Positions 29,376-38,762 are shown, numbered from the stretch's first letter. The stretch is DNA of 42,897 nucleotides from an uncultured Lachnospiraceae bacterium (GCA_902772805.1 CACYCC010000014.1:1-42897); one strand, 5' to 3'. Notes: a model not told the origin generated them from the letters alone. Translations and numbers: made by a program.

Positions 29376-31323
29376 CCTGTGCAAGCATTGAAGTACCTGC
29401 CTGTGCAAGGATGTTAAGGTTTGAATATCTCACCATTTCTCTTGCCATATCGGTATCTCTTATAAGACTCTCGGCAGCGGTCGTGTTTTCAACGACGTTG
29501 TCGAGATTTTTTATCGTATGCTCAAGACGATTCTGTACTGCGCCGTAATATGAGCGGACTACGGAAACCCGTCTGTCGGCTTCTTTGATTATATCTAACG
29601 TATCGGCTCTTGAGGCTGCATCGCCGTAAACGACGTTTCCCTGTTCACCGTTACCCGGCTCCCGATATGCGCCGGTAACATCCATCTTCTGTCCGCCAAA
29701 AAGCGCATCTGCAGAAACATTGTAACGATTGATATATATAAACTGTCCGGCCTCCGCGCCTGCCTGGATAACAAATGCATTACCGTCGTCACCGCCTGCT
29801 CCCGGCTTAGGCCATGTGATGTTGGTACCGTAACCGTTGGAATACCAGGTGTTTTCGGGATTGATCGTATATGATCCGGCAGATGTAACGAGGCTCGACG
29901 GTGCAAAAGCCGTGGATTCGGGCGTGTTAAGAGGATACAGTATCGAACCTGCACCGTTTGCACCGCGGGCATTTAAAAAATCATGGACAAAAGCAAGTGA
30001 ATCACCTCCCGCCGACTTAAATGTCTGCTGGAAGTTACTGAGAGATGAAAACTTGTTTCCTGTATTTTCTTTTATGGCTTCATCAAATGATTTACCCTGT
30101 GAAACCGCAGTCAAAATGTTATCAAGACCTTTGGCGATGTTTGCACTTGTAACATTGGACATATCCGCGCCTGATGCCGACATTCCGAGGTATGCGGTTG
30201 CAAGGTAACCCGGACCGTAAGGCTTTTTAAACAATTCACCCATATAAGATTTGATCGAGGCATCCGAAGAAGAAGGATTAAGCGAATAGGAGAGATGTCC
30301 GTTATCACCGCTTGAGGTCTGAGCCGTACCCTCGATAAACCAATCGGGAAACTTGTCGGAACCGAGCATTTTGGTGGTGACTGTGTCATACATCATGAGG
30401 TGAGTCATTTCATGAGCGATAACGCCGGCAAGATCGGCTTTCTTGGCATCGGTATAAGAATCAAATGCTGTTATGCCGTAGTCACTTGTATCTATCTTCA
30501 TGCGATAAGACATTACCGTATTATCACTTGATGAAGTTAAAGATAAAGCAGCCGTTGCAAGAGTGCCGCCGTTTCCGTCAATATTGGAAAGATCGAGTCC
30601 GACCTGAATATTGTTTGTGGAAGCTGATCCAAAGAGATTGGGATATGCCGCTGCAAGTTTGTTGACCGCATTTGCCGCTGCTTTTACAGCAAACTGAGCA
30701 AGTCCGGAATTTGAAACGGAATCTGAATTGACGGTTCCGGTAGCATTTGTATCTGCGGGTGCCGATATACGGTTTCCTTCCGCATCAACAAGACCGACTT
30801 CAACGGTTATGCCGGTAGCGGTGATAAATGAAAGACTTCCGTCTTTATTAAAGGAGGCGTTGTGAATCGCGGAATTCGGGGCTTCCATATAAGAGGGATC
30901 GATACCGAGGTCCGAGAAAACATTTCGCTCGTTAAAAACTGTAGTTGTATGAACTCTGTCTATCTCTTCGGCTAGCTGGTCGAGTTCTTTTTGTATAAAT
31001 TCACGGTCCTGTTCGGTATTGGTATCGTTGGAGGCTTTGATGGCGAGTTCTTCGCATCTCTTGAGCATATCCTGAACTTCGTTTAATGCTCCGTCTGCGA
31101 TCTGACAAAGAGAAATGCCGTCCTGACAATTAACGGATGCCTGGGTAAGTCCGCGTATCTGGCGTCTCATCTTTTCGGAGATAGCAAGGCCTGCAGCATC
31201 ATCAGCCGCACGATTTACCTTGTAGCCCGATGAAAGTTTCTCGGTCGACTTGGCCTGTGCGGAAGTGGTGATACCCAACATTCTGTTTGAATTAAAAGCC
31301 GTAAGATTGTGCTGAACTATCAT
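29335..31323 (-). CDS. Flagellin with a central gluzincin metallopeptidase domain (flagellinolysin)
   Basis: Flagellin N (EKLSSGYKVNRAADDAAGLAISEKMR) and C (QNRLEH, IRDTDMA, MLAQAN) domains; central IAHEMTH..WFIEGTA..Y..GYLA. Confidence 0.92.
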   Translation of the reverse strand: MIVQHNLTAFNSNRMLGITTSAQAKSTEKLSSGYKVNRAADDAAGLAISEKMRRQIRGLTQASVNCQDGISLCQIADGALNEVQDMLKRCEELAIKASNDTNTEQDREFIQKELDQLAEEIDRVHTTTVFNERNVFSDLGIDPSYMEAPNSAIHNASFNKDGSLSFITATGITVEVGLVDAEGNRISAPADTNATGTVNSDSVSNSGLAQFAVKAAANAVNKLAAAYPNLFGSASTNNIQVGLDLSNIDGNGGTLATAALSLTSSSDNTVMSYRMKIDTSDYGITAFDSYTDAKKADLAGVIAHEMTHLMMYDTVTTKMLGSDKFPDWFIEGTAQTSSGDNGHLSYSLNPSSSDASIKSYMGELFKKPYGPGYLATAYLGMSASGADMSNVTSANIAKGLDNILTAVSQGKSFDEAIKENTGNKFSSLSNFQQTFKSAGGDSLAFVHDFLNARGANGAGSILYPLNTPESTAFAPSSLVTSAGSYTINPENTWYSNGYGTNITWPKPGAGGDDGNAFVIQAGAEAGQFIYINRYNVSADALFGGQKMDVTGAYREPGNGEQGNVVYGDAASRADTLDIIKEADRRVSVVRSYYGAVQNRLEHTIKNLDNVVENTTAAESLIRDTDMAREMVRYSNLNILAQAGTSMLAQANQSNQTVLSLLG

Positions 31324-31343
31324 AAATTACCTTTTAAAGATCT

Positions 31344-32729
31344 CTATCCCTGTAAAAGACTGAGTACTGTCTGATTGCTTTGGTTGGCCTGCGCCATCAT
31401 GGATGTTCCTGCCTGGGAGAGTATGTTGAGATTGGCAAGTCTTACCATCTCTCTGGCCATGTCCGTATCTCTGATGGCGCTTTCGGCTGCCTGTGTATTT
31501 TCAACAACGTTGTCAAGGTTTTTGATCGTATGTTCCAAGCGGTTTTGCTCAGCACCGGCGTTGGACCGTTGCCTTGATATCTCCTGCTGTGCGGATTTGA
31601 CCATGTTTATCGCAGTGGAAGCGCTCTCCTGAGTCGTTACGTTTGTTGGATCAATGCCCAAAACACTTGCATTCATTGTATCCATCGAAATGTAAATAAA
31701 CTGCCCGGATTCTGCACCTGCCTGTATTGCCAGCAATGACTTAAATTCTTCATTTTGGATAACTCCGGCAAGTTCTGTACAGTTTGCCTGTGAATAGGGA
31801 CTGTGGTTTGCAATCTTATCATCAAAGGCATGCTTGGCTTCGGTTTCGGTAGGAAATGACGCAGTGGCAACTATTGAAAAAGATGTAGGTGATGTTCTCA
31901 CCAGTCTGTTTGAATGACTTACCAAAAGATCGGAATCGCTTGAAGGGATCCTGTGGTTGGGCATATTGTCGTGGACAAATGTAAAAAGTTTATCAAGTAC
32001 GCCTTCCGGAGTGGTTTCACCGTAAATGTCAATGGTGTATACATGCGGGTTCCTCTCGTTATTTTGACCTTCTACTCGGCTTTTGGTACCGTCATCGCTT
32101 ATAAAAGTGAATTTAAAGGTTTCATTACATCCAACACTGCATGTAAAAGTAAAAGAATTGTTATACAGTTGGTTTACCGTCTCAGCATTTACCCCATTGA
32201 AGTTAAGGTTTGCTGAAGGGTGATATCCGCTTGCATCATGATATGCATCGGTAAGATATCCCGAACCGATAGCGGAGCTTGTAGGCGTGGGCTTTAAACC
32301 CATCTGGTTTGCGTAATCAAATACCTGTATATGATTGAAAGTTGTATCGGAACCGATACGATTGATCTCGGATACAAGCTGATTCATTTCGGTCTGAATG
32401 AATCCCCGGTCTTCGGCGGTCAGCGTACCGTTTGCGGCTTTGACCGACAATTCGTTCATTCTGTTTAATATATCATGAACCTCGGACAACGCACCGTCTC
32501 TGACCTGACAAAGCGAAATACCGTCCTGACAGTTAAGAGAAGCCTGAGTAAGACCGCGCACCTGTCTTCTCATTTTTTCGGATATAGCAAGACCGGCCGC
32601 GTCGTCCGCTGCCCGGTTTATTTTATAACCTGATGATAATTTTTCCGTGGATTTGGCGCTATAGCCTGAGACTATACCGAATTGCCTTGCGGTATTCATG
32701 GAAGTCAGATTGTGCGCAACCGATAACAT
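31344..32729 (-). CDS. Flagellin with an uncharacterised ~190-aa central domain
   Basis: Conserved flagellin N and C domains; centre contains FTFTCSVGCNETF and VSHSN. Confidence 0.93.
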   Translation of the reverse strand: MLSVAHNLTSMNTARQFGIVSGYSAKSTEKLSSGYKINRAADDAAGLAISEKMRRQVRGLTQASLNCQDGISLCQVRDGALSEVHDILNRMNELSVKAANGTLTAEDRGFIQTEMNQLVSEINRIGSDTTFNHIQVFDYANQMGLKPTPTSSAIGSGYLTDAYHDASGYHPSANLNFNGVNAETVNQLYNNSFTFTCSVGCNETFKFTFISDDGTKSRVEGQNNERNPHVYTIDIYGETTPEGVLDKLFTFVHDNMPNHRIPSSDSDLLVSHSNRLVRTSPTSFSIVATASFPTETEAKHAFDDKIANHSPYSQANCTELAGVIQNEEFKSLLAIQAGAESGQFIYISMDTMNASVLGIDPTNVTTQESASTAINMVKSAQQEISRQRSNAGAEQNRLEHTIKNLDNVVENTQAAESAIRDTDMAREMVRLANLNILSQAGTSMMAQANQSNQTVLSLLQG

Positions 32730-32748
32730 ATGTTTTCCCCTGATAAAA

Positions 32749-32782
32749 CCGAATCCGTTCGGCGAAACATCGCATCCTTGCG
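32749..32782 (-). promoter_or_regulatory. Two CsrA-type hairpins in the flagellin 5' UTR
   Basis: Minus strand CGC-AAGGAT-GCG and CCGA-ACGGAT-TCGG, each with ANGGA in the loop. Confidence 0.72.
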
Positions 32783-32807
32783 CATGATGATCATCTATTC
32801 AATAGGT

Positions 32808-32835
32808 TTATCGGTATATATGAGTGCTTTCTTTA
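32808..32835 (-). promoter_or_regulatory. Sigma-28 (SigD/FliA) promoter
   Basis: Minus strand TAAA-N16-ACCGATAA. Confidence 0.8.
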
Positions 32836-32980
32836 CCCCCAAATCGCATAAAACCACCCTTTTTTCAAATTTATTCACAGATATCGATCGCAACTGTACA
32901 AAGTATTAATTTGCCGTTACAAAAGAATGGTAGTATTCTTTAATATATGACAATATGAAAAACCACAGGGGGATAACATA

Positions 32981-33775
32981 ATGGCACATTTAAACGGTAC
33001 TTTCTTTTCAACATCGCTTGCAAGACCCGTTCACTATACGGCAGTCTTATGTAATGATATCCAGCAGCCCACGGCTGACAATCCTCATTTTAAACGTCCG
33101 ACAAAATCGGTATATCTTTTGCACGGATATTCGGGATTCGATACCGACTGGTTTTCGAACGCTCCTCTCGGAGATCTTGCAAATACTTATAATGTGAATT
33201 TCTTTATGCCTTCGGGTGAAAACAGTTTCTATCTCGACAGACCCGAAACCGGCGGAAAATATGCTCAGTTCGTCGGCAAGGAGTTTATTGAGTATACGAC
33301 AAAAACGTTCGGACTTTCCGGTAAGAGAGAGGATATTATCATCGGAGGACTTTCAATGGGCGGATTCGGAGCACTCCATACCGCGCTTATGTTCCCCGAG
33401 ACATTTTCCGCATGCCTTGCCCTTTCATCGGCACTTATTGTAAACGGTATCAAGCATATGACACCGGGCAATGACAATCCCGTTGCAAACTATGATTATT
33501 ACAGACTTATGTTCGGAGATCTCGAAAAGCTTGAGACTTCCGACAATAACCCCGAAGTACTTGCCAAGAAACTGGTTGAAAAAGGTGCAGATATTCCTAA
33601 GATCTATATGGCGGTCGGAACCGAAGACTTTTTATTGGAGCCCAACCGTGAATTTAAGAAATTTCTTGAAGATACCGGTATCCCGGTAGAATATTTCGAA
33701 GGACCCGGAATACACGATTTTGTATTCTGGAGAGCACAGCTTAAAGCCGGACTTGAATGGGCACTTAAGGCCTGA
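32981..33775 (+). CDS. Alpha/beta-hydrolase esterase (acetyl/tributyrin esterase-like)
   Basis: YLLHG, ENSFY, GLSMGG nucleophile elbow, GTEDFL, GIHDF.FW. Confidence 0.88.
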   Translation: MAHLNGTFFSTSLARPVHYTAVLCNDIQQPTADNPHFKRPTKSVYLLHGYSGFDTDWFSNAPLGDLANTYNVNFFMPSGENSFYLDRPETGGKYAQFVGKEFIEYTTKTFGLSGKREDIIIGGLSMGGFGALHTALMFPETFSACLALSSALIVNGIKHMTPGNDNPVANYDYYRLMFGDLEKLETSDNNPEVLAKKLVEKGADIPKIYMAVGTEDFLLEPNREFKKFLEDTGIPVEYFEGPGIHDFVFWRAQLKAGLEWALKA

Positions 33776-33790
33776 TAAAGGAGAAAATGT

Positions 33791-34879
33791 ATGGAAGAAG
33801 AAAAGATCACGAAAGAAAACGCGGAAGTCATCGATCAGGACAAAGAAAATCTTATTGCAAGGGAAAACGATGCCAATGATACTACCGACGGAGTCGCCAA
33901 GTCCATAGCATCGCGGTTTTCAAAATCAGGTCTTGGTATAAAACCCGTTAAATTCAGCAAAGTTATCGGAAGGGTTATCTTGTTTGTGGTTTTTCTTATC
34001 ATCATAAATCCTTCGATGATCCCGTTTTTGCCACCCAAGGCCAAGGAAACCCTCAGTGCGACATGGGGCAAGGTTTTTGGCGATGTTGACAGCATATACA
34101 AGAGTTTTTCTTTTAACATTGCGACAATATGTCAGATAATAGCCATAATACTCCTGATGGTGATGATCACATCGATCGCAATGTTTGTACTTGAGCATCT
34201 TAAACCCAAGACTGCCAAGGGACGCAGCTTTGTGACACTTTTCAGAAGTGCCGTTACATACATCACGACGATAATCGGATTTTTCTGGTGTCTTAATGCA
34301 TTTGGTGTTAACGTTTCCACGATATTTGCGAGTGTCGGAATATTGACACTGGTAGTCGGATTCGGAGCACAAAGTCTTGTGGAAGATCTGATCACAGGTA
34401 TTTTCCTGGTATTTGAGGAGCAGTTTAATGTCGGGGATATCATTGAGGTAGGAGGATTCAGAGGAACCGTTGAGACAATCGGTATCAGGATCACTACGAT
34501 AAGGGATCCCGGCGGAAACCTTAAACTCGTCAACAACTCGGATATCAGAAACATACTTAACCGTTCGTCATCTACAAGCGTGGCCGTAACCGAAGTTTCG
34601 GTAGCCTACAATACCGATATAGAGAAGGTCGAAAAACTGTTTGAAACGCTTATGCCCGAGATTCGCAAAAAGTATCCCGATATATTTTTGGAAGATCCCA
34701 AATATGTCGGACTCCAGACGCTCGGAAACGATGGTATGGTATTAAAGATCATCGGAAACGTCAAAGAAAAGGATATATTTGCCGCACCCAGACTTTTAAA
34801 CCGTGAGATCAAGATAGCATTTGACAAAGCGGGAATCGAGATACCGTTCCCGCAGGTTGTGGTTCACGAGGCCAAATAA
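33791..34879 (+). CDS. MscS-family mechanosensitive channel
   Basis: VGFGAQSLVEDLITG, FNVGDII, GTVETIGIRIT, AGIEIPFPQ. Confidence 0.92.
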   Translation: MEEEKITKENAEVIDQDKENLIARENDANDTTDGVAKSIASRFSKSGLGIKPVKFSKVIGRVILFVVFLIIINPSMIPFLPPKAKETLSATWGKVFGDVDSIYKSFSFNIATICQIIAIILLMVMITSIAMFVLEHLKPKTAKGRSFVTLFRSAVTYITTIIGFFWCLNAFGVNVSTIFASVGILTLVVGFGAQSLVEDLITGIFLVFEEQFNVGDIIEVGGFRGTVETIGIRITTIRDPGGNLKLVNNSDIRNILNRSSSTSVAVTEVSVAYNTDIEKVEKLFETLMPEIRKKYPDIFLEDPKYVGLQTLGNDGMVLKIIGNVKEKDIFAAPRLLNREIKIAFDKAGIEIPFPQVVVHEAK

Positions 34880-34882
34880 TAT

Positions 34883-35848
34883 ATGGTGGATCAGGAATAT
34901 GGTTTTCCGGGTATTCCGGAATATCCGCCGGCAGGTCACGAATTCGTACCGCCCAAGGTTACGGATAATACGGGTAAAAAGAAAAGAAAACTGTTCGGCT
35001 TTAACAAAGATACCCTGTTAATGAGTCTTTTGGCCGCTACGGTTTCCGTTAGCATGCTTACCGGATCCGGAGTCAATGCACAGGAAGAACCCGAAGCGCC
35101 TGTTTCCGTCGTGATCGACAGCATGGTAGATTTGTCGGAACCTGTTCAGACAGGCGATAATACTGTTGCGGACATATCCGATAAAGTCGCGGTTGATGTC
35201 ATACCGGTTTCCGATGATCACCGGGATGCCGGTCTTGATCGGACCGATCCCGATGATTCAACCGACTTTGACGAACCGGACGATGATGAGCCGGCGATCG
35301 TTTCCGTAAGTTCCAATGATGAGCCAAAGACACCCGATGTGTCGGAAAATGATAAACCGCCTGTTGCTCACGGTGAAGAACCGGTCAAACCGGCAGTCAA
35401 GCCGCATGTTCAGTGCCCTAAATGTACCGGAACCGGAATATACTGTCCGGGAGACCCCAATTACGGTCATGATCGTGGAAACGCCGACGGATACGAGGGA
35501 TGTCACGGAACAGGTAAGACACATTGTCCGAATGGGTGGTGCGTTAACGGCCGGGAAACTTGTCACACCTGTGGCGGAACCGGAACGGTTCCCTGTTGGG
35601 GATGTCACGGAACTTTGTTAGATCACGGTTATCCCTGTCAGCATTGTAATCCTCCCGGAAGCGGCAGAGATTACTGCGAAGTCTGTGGCGGAAAGGGCTG
35701 GGTTGAATGCCACTGTCACGGCGCCGAATGGATCGACTGTCTGGTAGCCGACAAACATGTAACATGCGATCTTTGTAACGGAACGGGATATTTAAGCAAT
35801 CCCGATGTATCACCCGATGCAGATATCTTAATTGACACGACGGAATAA
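34883..35848 (+). CDS. Hypothetical exported protein with an acidic linker and DnaJ-like CxxCxGxG repeats
   Basis: KKKRK followed by a hydrophobic stretch ending VNA; D/E/P-rich linker; 19 Cys in the C-terminal ~130 aa. Confidence 0.7.
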   Translation: MVDQEYGFPGIPEYPPAGHEFVPPKVTDNTGKKKRKLFGFNKDTLLMSLLAATVSVSMLTGSGVNAQEEPEAPVSVVIDSMVDLSEPVQTGDNTVADISDKVAVDVIPVSDDHRDAGLDRTDPDDSTDFDEPDDDEPAIVSVSSNDEPKTPDVSENDKPPVAHGEEPVKPAVKPHVQCPKCTGTGIYCPGDPNYGHDRGNADGYEGCHGTGKTHCPNGWCVNGRETCHTCGGTGTVPCWGCHGTLLDHGYPCQHCNPPGSGRDYCEVCGGKGWVECHCHGAEWIDCLVADKHVTCDLCNGTGYLSNPDVSPDADILIDTTE

Positions 35849-35860
35849 TAACCGTATAAT
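35832..35860 (+). promoter_or_regulatory. Consensus SigA promoter for tRNA-Ser
   Basis: TTGACA-N17-TATAAT. Confidence 0.88.
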
Positions 35861-35890
35861 ACTAAAGTCGCGATCGGGTCGTGACTGTAA

Positions 35891-35976
35891 GCAGACGTAT
35901 CGAAGCGGTCATAACGGGGCGCACTCGAAATGCGTTTGCCCTCCGGGGCACGAGGGTTCGAATCCCTCCGTCTGCG
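35891..35976 (+). tRNA. tRNA-Ser (anticodon CGA), CCA not encoded
   Basis: Acceptor GCAGACG/CGTCTGC; anticodon arm GCGCA-CTCGAAA-TGCGT; long variable arm; T arm GAGGG-TTCGAAT-CCCTC; discriminator G. Confidence 0.95.
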
Positions 35977-35980
35977 TTTT

Positions 35981-36017
35981 AACCATCCGAATGATGATTC
36001 GGGTGGTTTTTCTTTTT
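35981..36017 (+). terminator. Terminator after the tRNA
   Basis: AACCATCCGAAT-gatg-ATTCGGGTGGTT followed by a T-rich tail. Confidence 0.82.
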
Positions 36018-36072
36018 CTTATAGGATATAATTATCTATTATACACATCGTATTCTCACAAGGAGGTAGCCT

Positions 36073-37146
36073 ATGAAGAAAATCGGTATGCTTACAAGCG
36101 GCGGCGATTGTCAGGCACTTAATGCGGCAATGCGCGGAGTTGTGAAATGTCTTTCCAACAGTTCTGAGAATGTTGAGATCTACGGATTTTACGATGGGTA
36201 CAGGGGGTTTATTTACGGTGATTACCGTATGTTGACACATGCGGATTTTTCGGGAATACTTACTAAAGGCGGCACGATACTGGGGACATCGCGTACACCT
36301 TTTAAGTCCATCAGGGAACTGGACGAGAACGGTCTTGACAAGGTCGAGGCCATGAAGAGAAATTACAAAAATCTCGGTCTGGACTGCATGGTAATACTGG
36401 GAGGAAACGGTACACACAAGACCGCCAATCTCTTAAGGGAAGAAGGTCTTAATATCATCACTCTTCCCAAGACGATCGATAATGACTTATACGGCACCGA
36501 TATGACTTTCGGATTCCAGAGTGCCGTTGATGTTGCCACCAACGCAATAGACCTTATACATACGACAGCTTCCAGTCACGGAAGGATATTCTTGGTGGAA
36601 GTAATGGGACATAAGGTAGGCTGGCTTACGCTCAATGCCGGTATGGCGGGCGGCGCCGACATCATCCTTATACCTGAGATACCCTATGACATGGATAAGG
36701 TCATCAAGGCAATATATGACAGACAGGCAAGAGGCAGTAAATTTACTATCCTTGCGGTTGCGGAAGGTGCGATATCCAAGGAACGTGCGGCCATGAGCAA
36801 ACACGATTTCAAGGAATCCATGAAAAACCTCACGTTTCCGTCGGTAACATATGAGATCGCTCATATAATAGAAAAGAACACAGGACTCGAGACGAGAGTT
36901 GCCGTACCCGGTCACATGCAACGAGGCGGATCGCCCTGTGCATATGACAGAGTATTTGCATCAAGACTCGGAAGTGAAGCCGGAAGACTCATTCTTGAAA
37001 ATGACTTCGGTTTCATGGTGGGCATCAGAAACCGTGAGATAGTCAAAGTTCCGCTCGAAGACGTTGCGGGCAAGCTTAAAATGGTGGATCCCAATGCTTC
37101 CATCATCAAAGAAGCCAAGATGCTGGGTATCAGTTTCGGAGATTAA
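36073..37146 (+). CDS. pfkA: 6-phosphofructokinase
   Basis: LTSGGDC, GGTILGTSR, GGNGT, PKTIDND, EVMG, GHMQRGGSP. Confidence 0.94.
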   Translation: MKKIGMLTSGGDCQALNAAMRGVVKCLSNSSENVEIYGFYDGYRGFIYGDYRMLTHADFSGILTKGGTILGTSRTPFKSIRELDENGLDKVEAMKRNYKNLGLDCMVILGGNGTHKTANLLREEGLNIITLPKTIDNDLYGTDMTFGFQSAVDVATNAIDLIHTTASSHGRIFLVEVMGHKVGWLTLNAGMAGGADIILIPEIPYDMDKVIKAIYDRQARGSKFTILAVAEGAISKERAAMSKHDFKESMKNLTFPSVTYEIAHIIEKNTGLETRVAVPGHMQRGGSPCAYDRVFASRLGSEAGRLILENDFGFMVGIRNREIVKVPLEDVAGKLKMVDPNASIIKEAKMLGISFGD

Positions 37147-37166
37147 TTTAAGGAAGGTAACACGTA

Positions 37167-38762
37167 ATGTCCTATACTGCGTTATATCGCAAATTTCGTC
37201 CTCAGAGATTTGAGGACGTTAAGGGACAAGATCATATAGTCACGACGTTAAGGAATCAGATAAGATCTGACAGGATTCAGCATGCTTATCTGTTTTGCGG
37301 CACCCGCGGAACCGGTAAGACAAGTGTGGCCAAGCTGTTTGCGAGGGCTATCAACTGCGAGCATCCCGATAACGGTAATCCGTGTATGGAATGCGACATG
37401 TGCAAGGCCATAATGTCCCAGAGTTCGCTCAATGTGATCGAGATCGATGCCGCATCCAACAACGGTGTTGACAATATAAGACAGATCATAGATGAGGTAT
37501 CTTACCCTCCTACACAGGGAAGATTTAAGGTATACATCATCGACGAGGTTCATATGCTTTCCGCCGGCGCTTTCAATGCCTTGTTAAAGACACTGGAAGA
37601 GCCTCCTTCATATGTTGTCTTTATACTTGCGACAACGGAAGTTCATAAACTTCCGGTCACCATTCTTTCCAGATGTCAGCGATATGATTTCAAAAGAATA
37701 AGTGTTGACGACATTACACTCCGCATCAACGAGTTACTGCCTGTTGAAGGTATTGAGGCCGAAGATACAGCAATCCGATATATCGCAAAATGCGCTGACG
37801 GGGCGTTAAGAGATGCATTAAGTCTTCTTGATCAGTGTGTTGCCTTTAATTTTGGCCAAAAACTCACTTACGAGATGGTACTTGATACACTCGGGGCGGT
37901 AGACCTTAAGATATTCAGCAAACTTCTTCGGATGATCATCTGTGCCGATGTATCGGGAGCCATAAAAGCTCTTGATGAGATAATAATGGGAGGCCGCGAC
38001 CTTACCCAGCTGGTGACGGATTTTACCTGGTATTTAAGAAACCTTCTTTTGGCAGTAACAAGTGATGACATTTCATCCGTAGTTGATATGTCCGCCGAAA
38101 ATCTTGAAAATCTCCTTGCGGAAGCGGCCCAGATCGACGAAGAAACGGCTATGAGATATATCCGCATACTTTCGGAACTGTCAAATCAGATAAGATATGC
38201 ATACAACAAACGTGTTTTAACGGAACTTGCGATCATTAAGATGTGCATGCCCGAGAGCGAGAGCCGCGAGGACACACTGATATCACGTATCAGAACTCTT
38301 GAAAATAAGCTGGATAACGGTGAAGTTTCGGTCCGCCACGTCGGAGCTCAGAAAAACGAGGCCGATATCAAAAAGCCGGAACTCAGTGAAGAAGCCGTTA
38401 AGGAACTTCGCGAATCACTTCCCGAAGATATTAAAAATGTCGTATCTCATTGGAAGGATGTAGTTAACAGGCTTCAGTTTGCTGAAAGAGTTCACCTGAG
38501 TAAAGCCGCAGTTTCCTACGGAGATTCGGGAGATCTGATAATCGCGTTTGAAAAGCCTTCGCATAAATCATATTATACTGAGGGAGCCGGATGCGAAAAT
38601 CACCTTCATACGATCGAAGATGCCATCAATGCAGTGGCGGGAGCAAAGGTAAGACTGACTCTTGCCCTTCAAAAACAGGCGGATTCAGGAGAAGGCGTTG
38701 ATTACATCAATTTAAGAGAACTGTTTCCCACAGCCAATGTCGTTGTCGAAGACGAAGACTGA
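37167..38762 (+). CDS. dnaX: DNA polymerase III subunit gamma/tau
   Basis: ALYRKFRP, GTRGTGKT, zinc cysteines, EIDAASN, IIDEVHML, SRC. Confidence 0.96.
   Translation: MSYTALYRKFRPQRFEDVKGQDHIVTTLRNQIRSDRIQHAYLFCGTRGTGKTSVAKLFARAINCEHPDNGNPCMECDMCKAIMSQSSLNVIEIDAASNNGVDNIRQIIDEVSYPPTQGRFKVYIIDEVHMLSAGAFNALLKTLEEPPSYVVFILATTEVHKLPVTILSRCQRYDFKRISVDDITLRINELLPVEGIEAEDTAIRYIAKCADGALRDALSLLDQCVAFNFGQKLTYEMVLDTLGAVDLKIFSKLLRMIICADVSGAIKALDEIIMGGRDLTQLVTDFTWYLRNLLLAVTSDDISSVVDMSAENLENLLAEAAQIDEETAMRYIRILSELSNQIRYAYNKRVLTELAIIKMCMPESESREDTLISRIRTLENKLDNGEVSVRHVGAQKNEADIKKPELSEEAVKELRESLPEDIKNVVSHWKDVVNRLQFAERVHLSKAAVSYGDSGDLIIAFEKPSHKSYYTEGAGCENHLHTIEDAINAVAGAKVRLTLALQKQADSGEGVDYINLRELFPTANVVVEDED

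Noticed and set aside
35593-35607. CxxCH heme-c motif (CWGCH)
   Set aside because: Single occurrence that fits the surrounding CxxCxG zinc-knuckle series
35891-35976. tRNA as integration site of an island
   Set aside because: No integrase and no duplicated tRNA 3' end seen in the window
35832-36122. 96-aa ORF
   Set aside because: Overlaps the tRNA, its promoter and terminator
38345-38380. Programmed -1 frameshift in dnaX
   Set aside because: Best candidate is C AAA AAG, not an A AAA AAG heptamer; no long A run and no evident stimulatory hairpin
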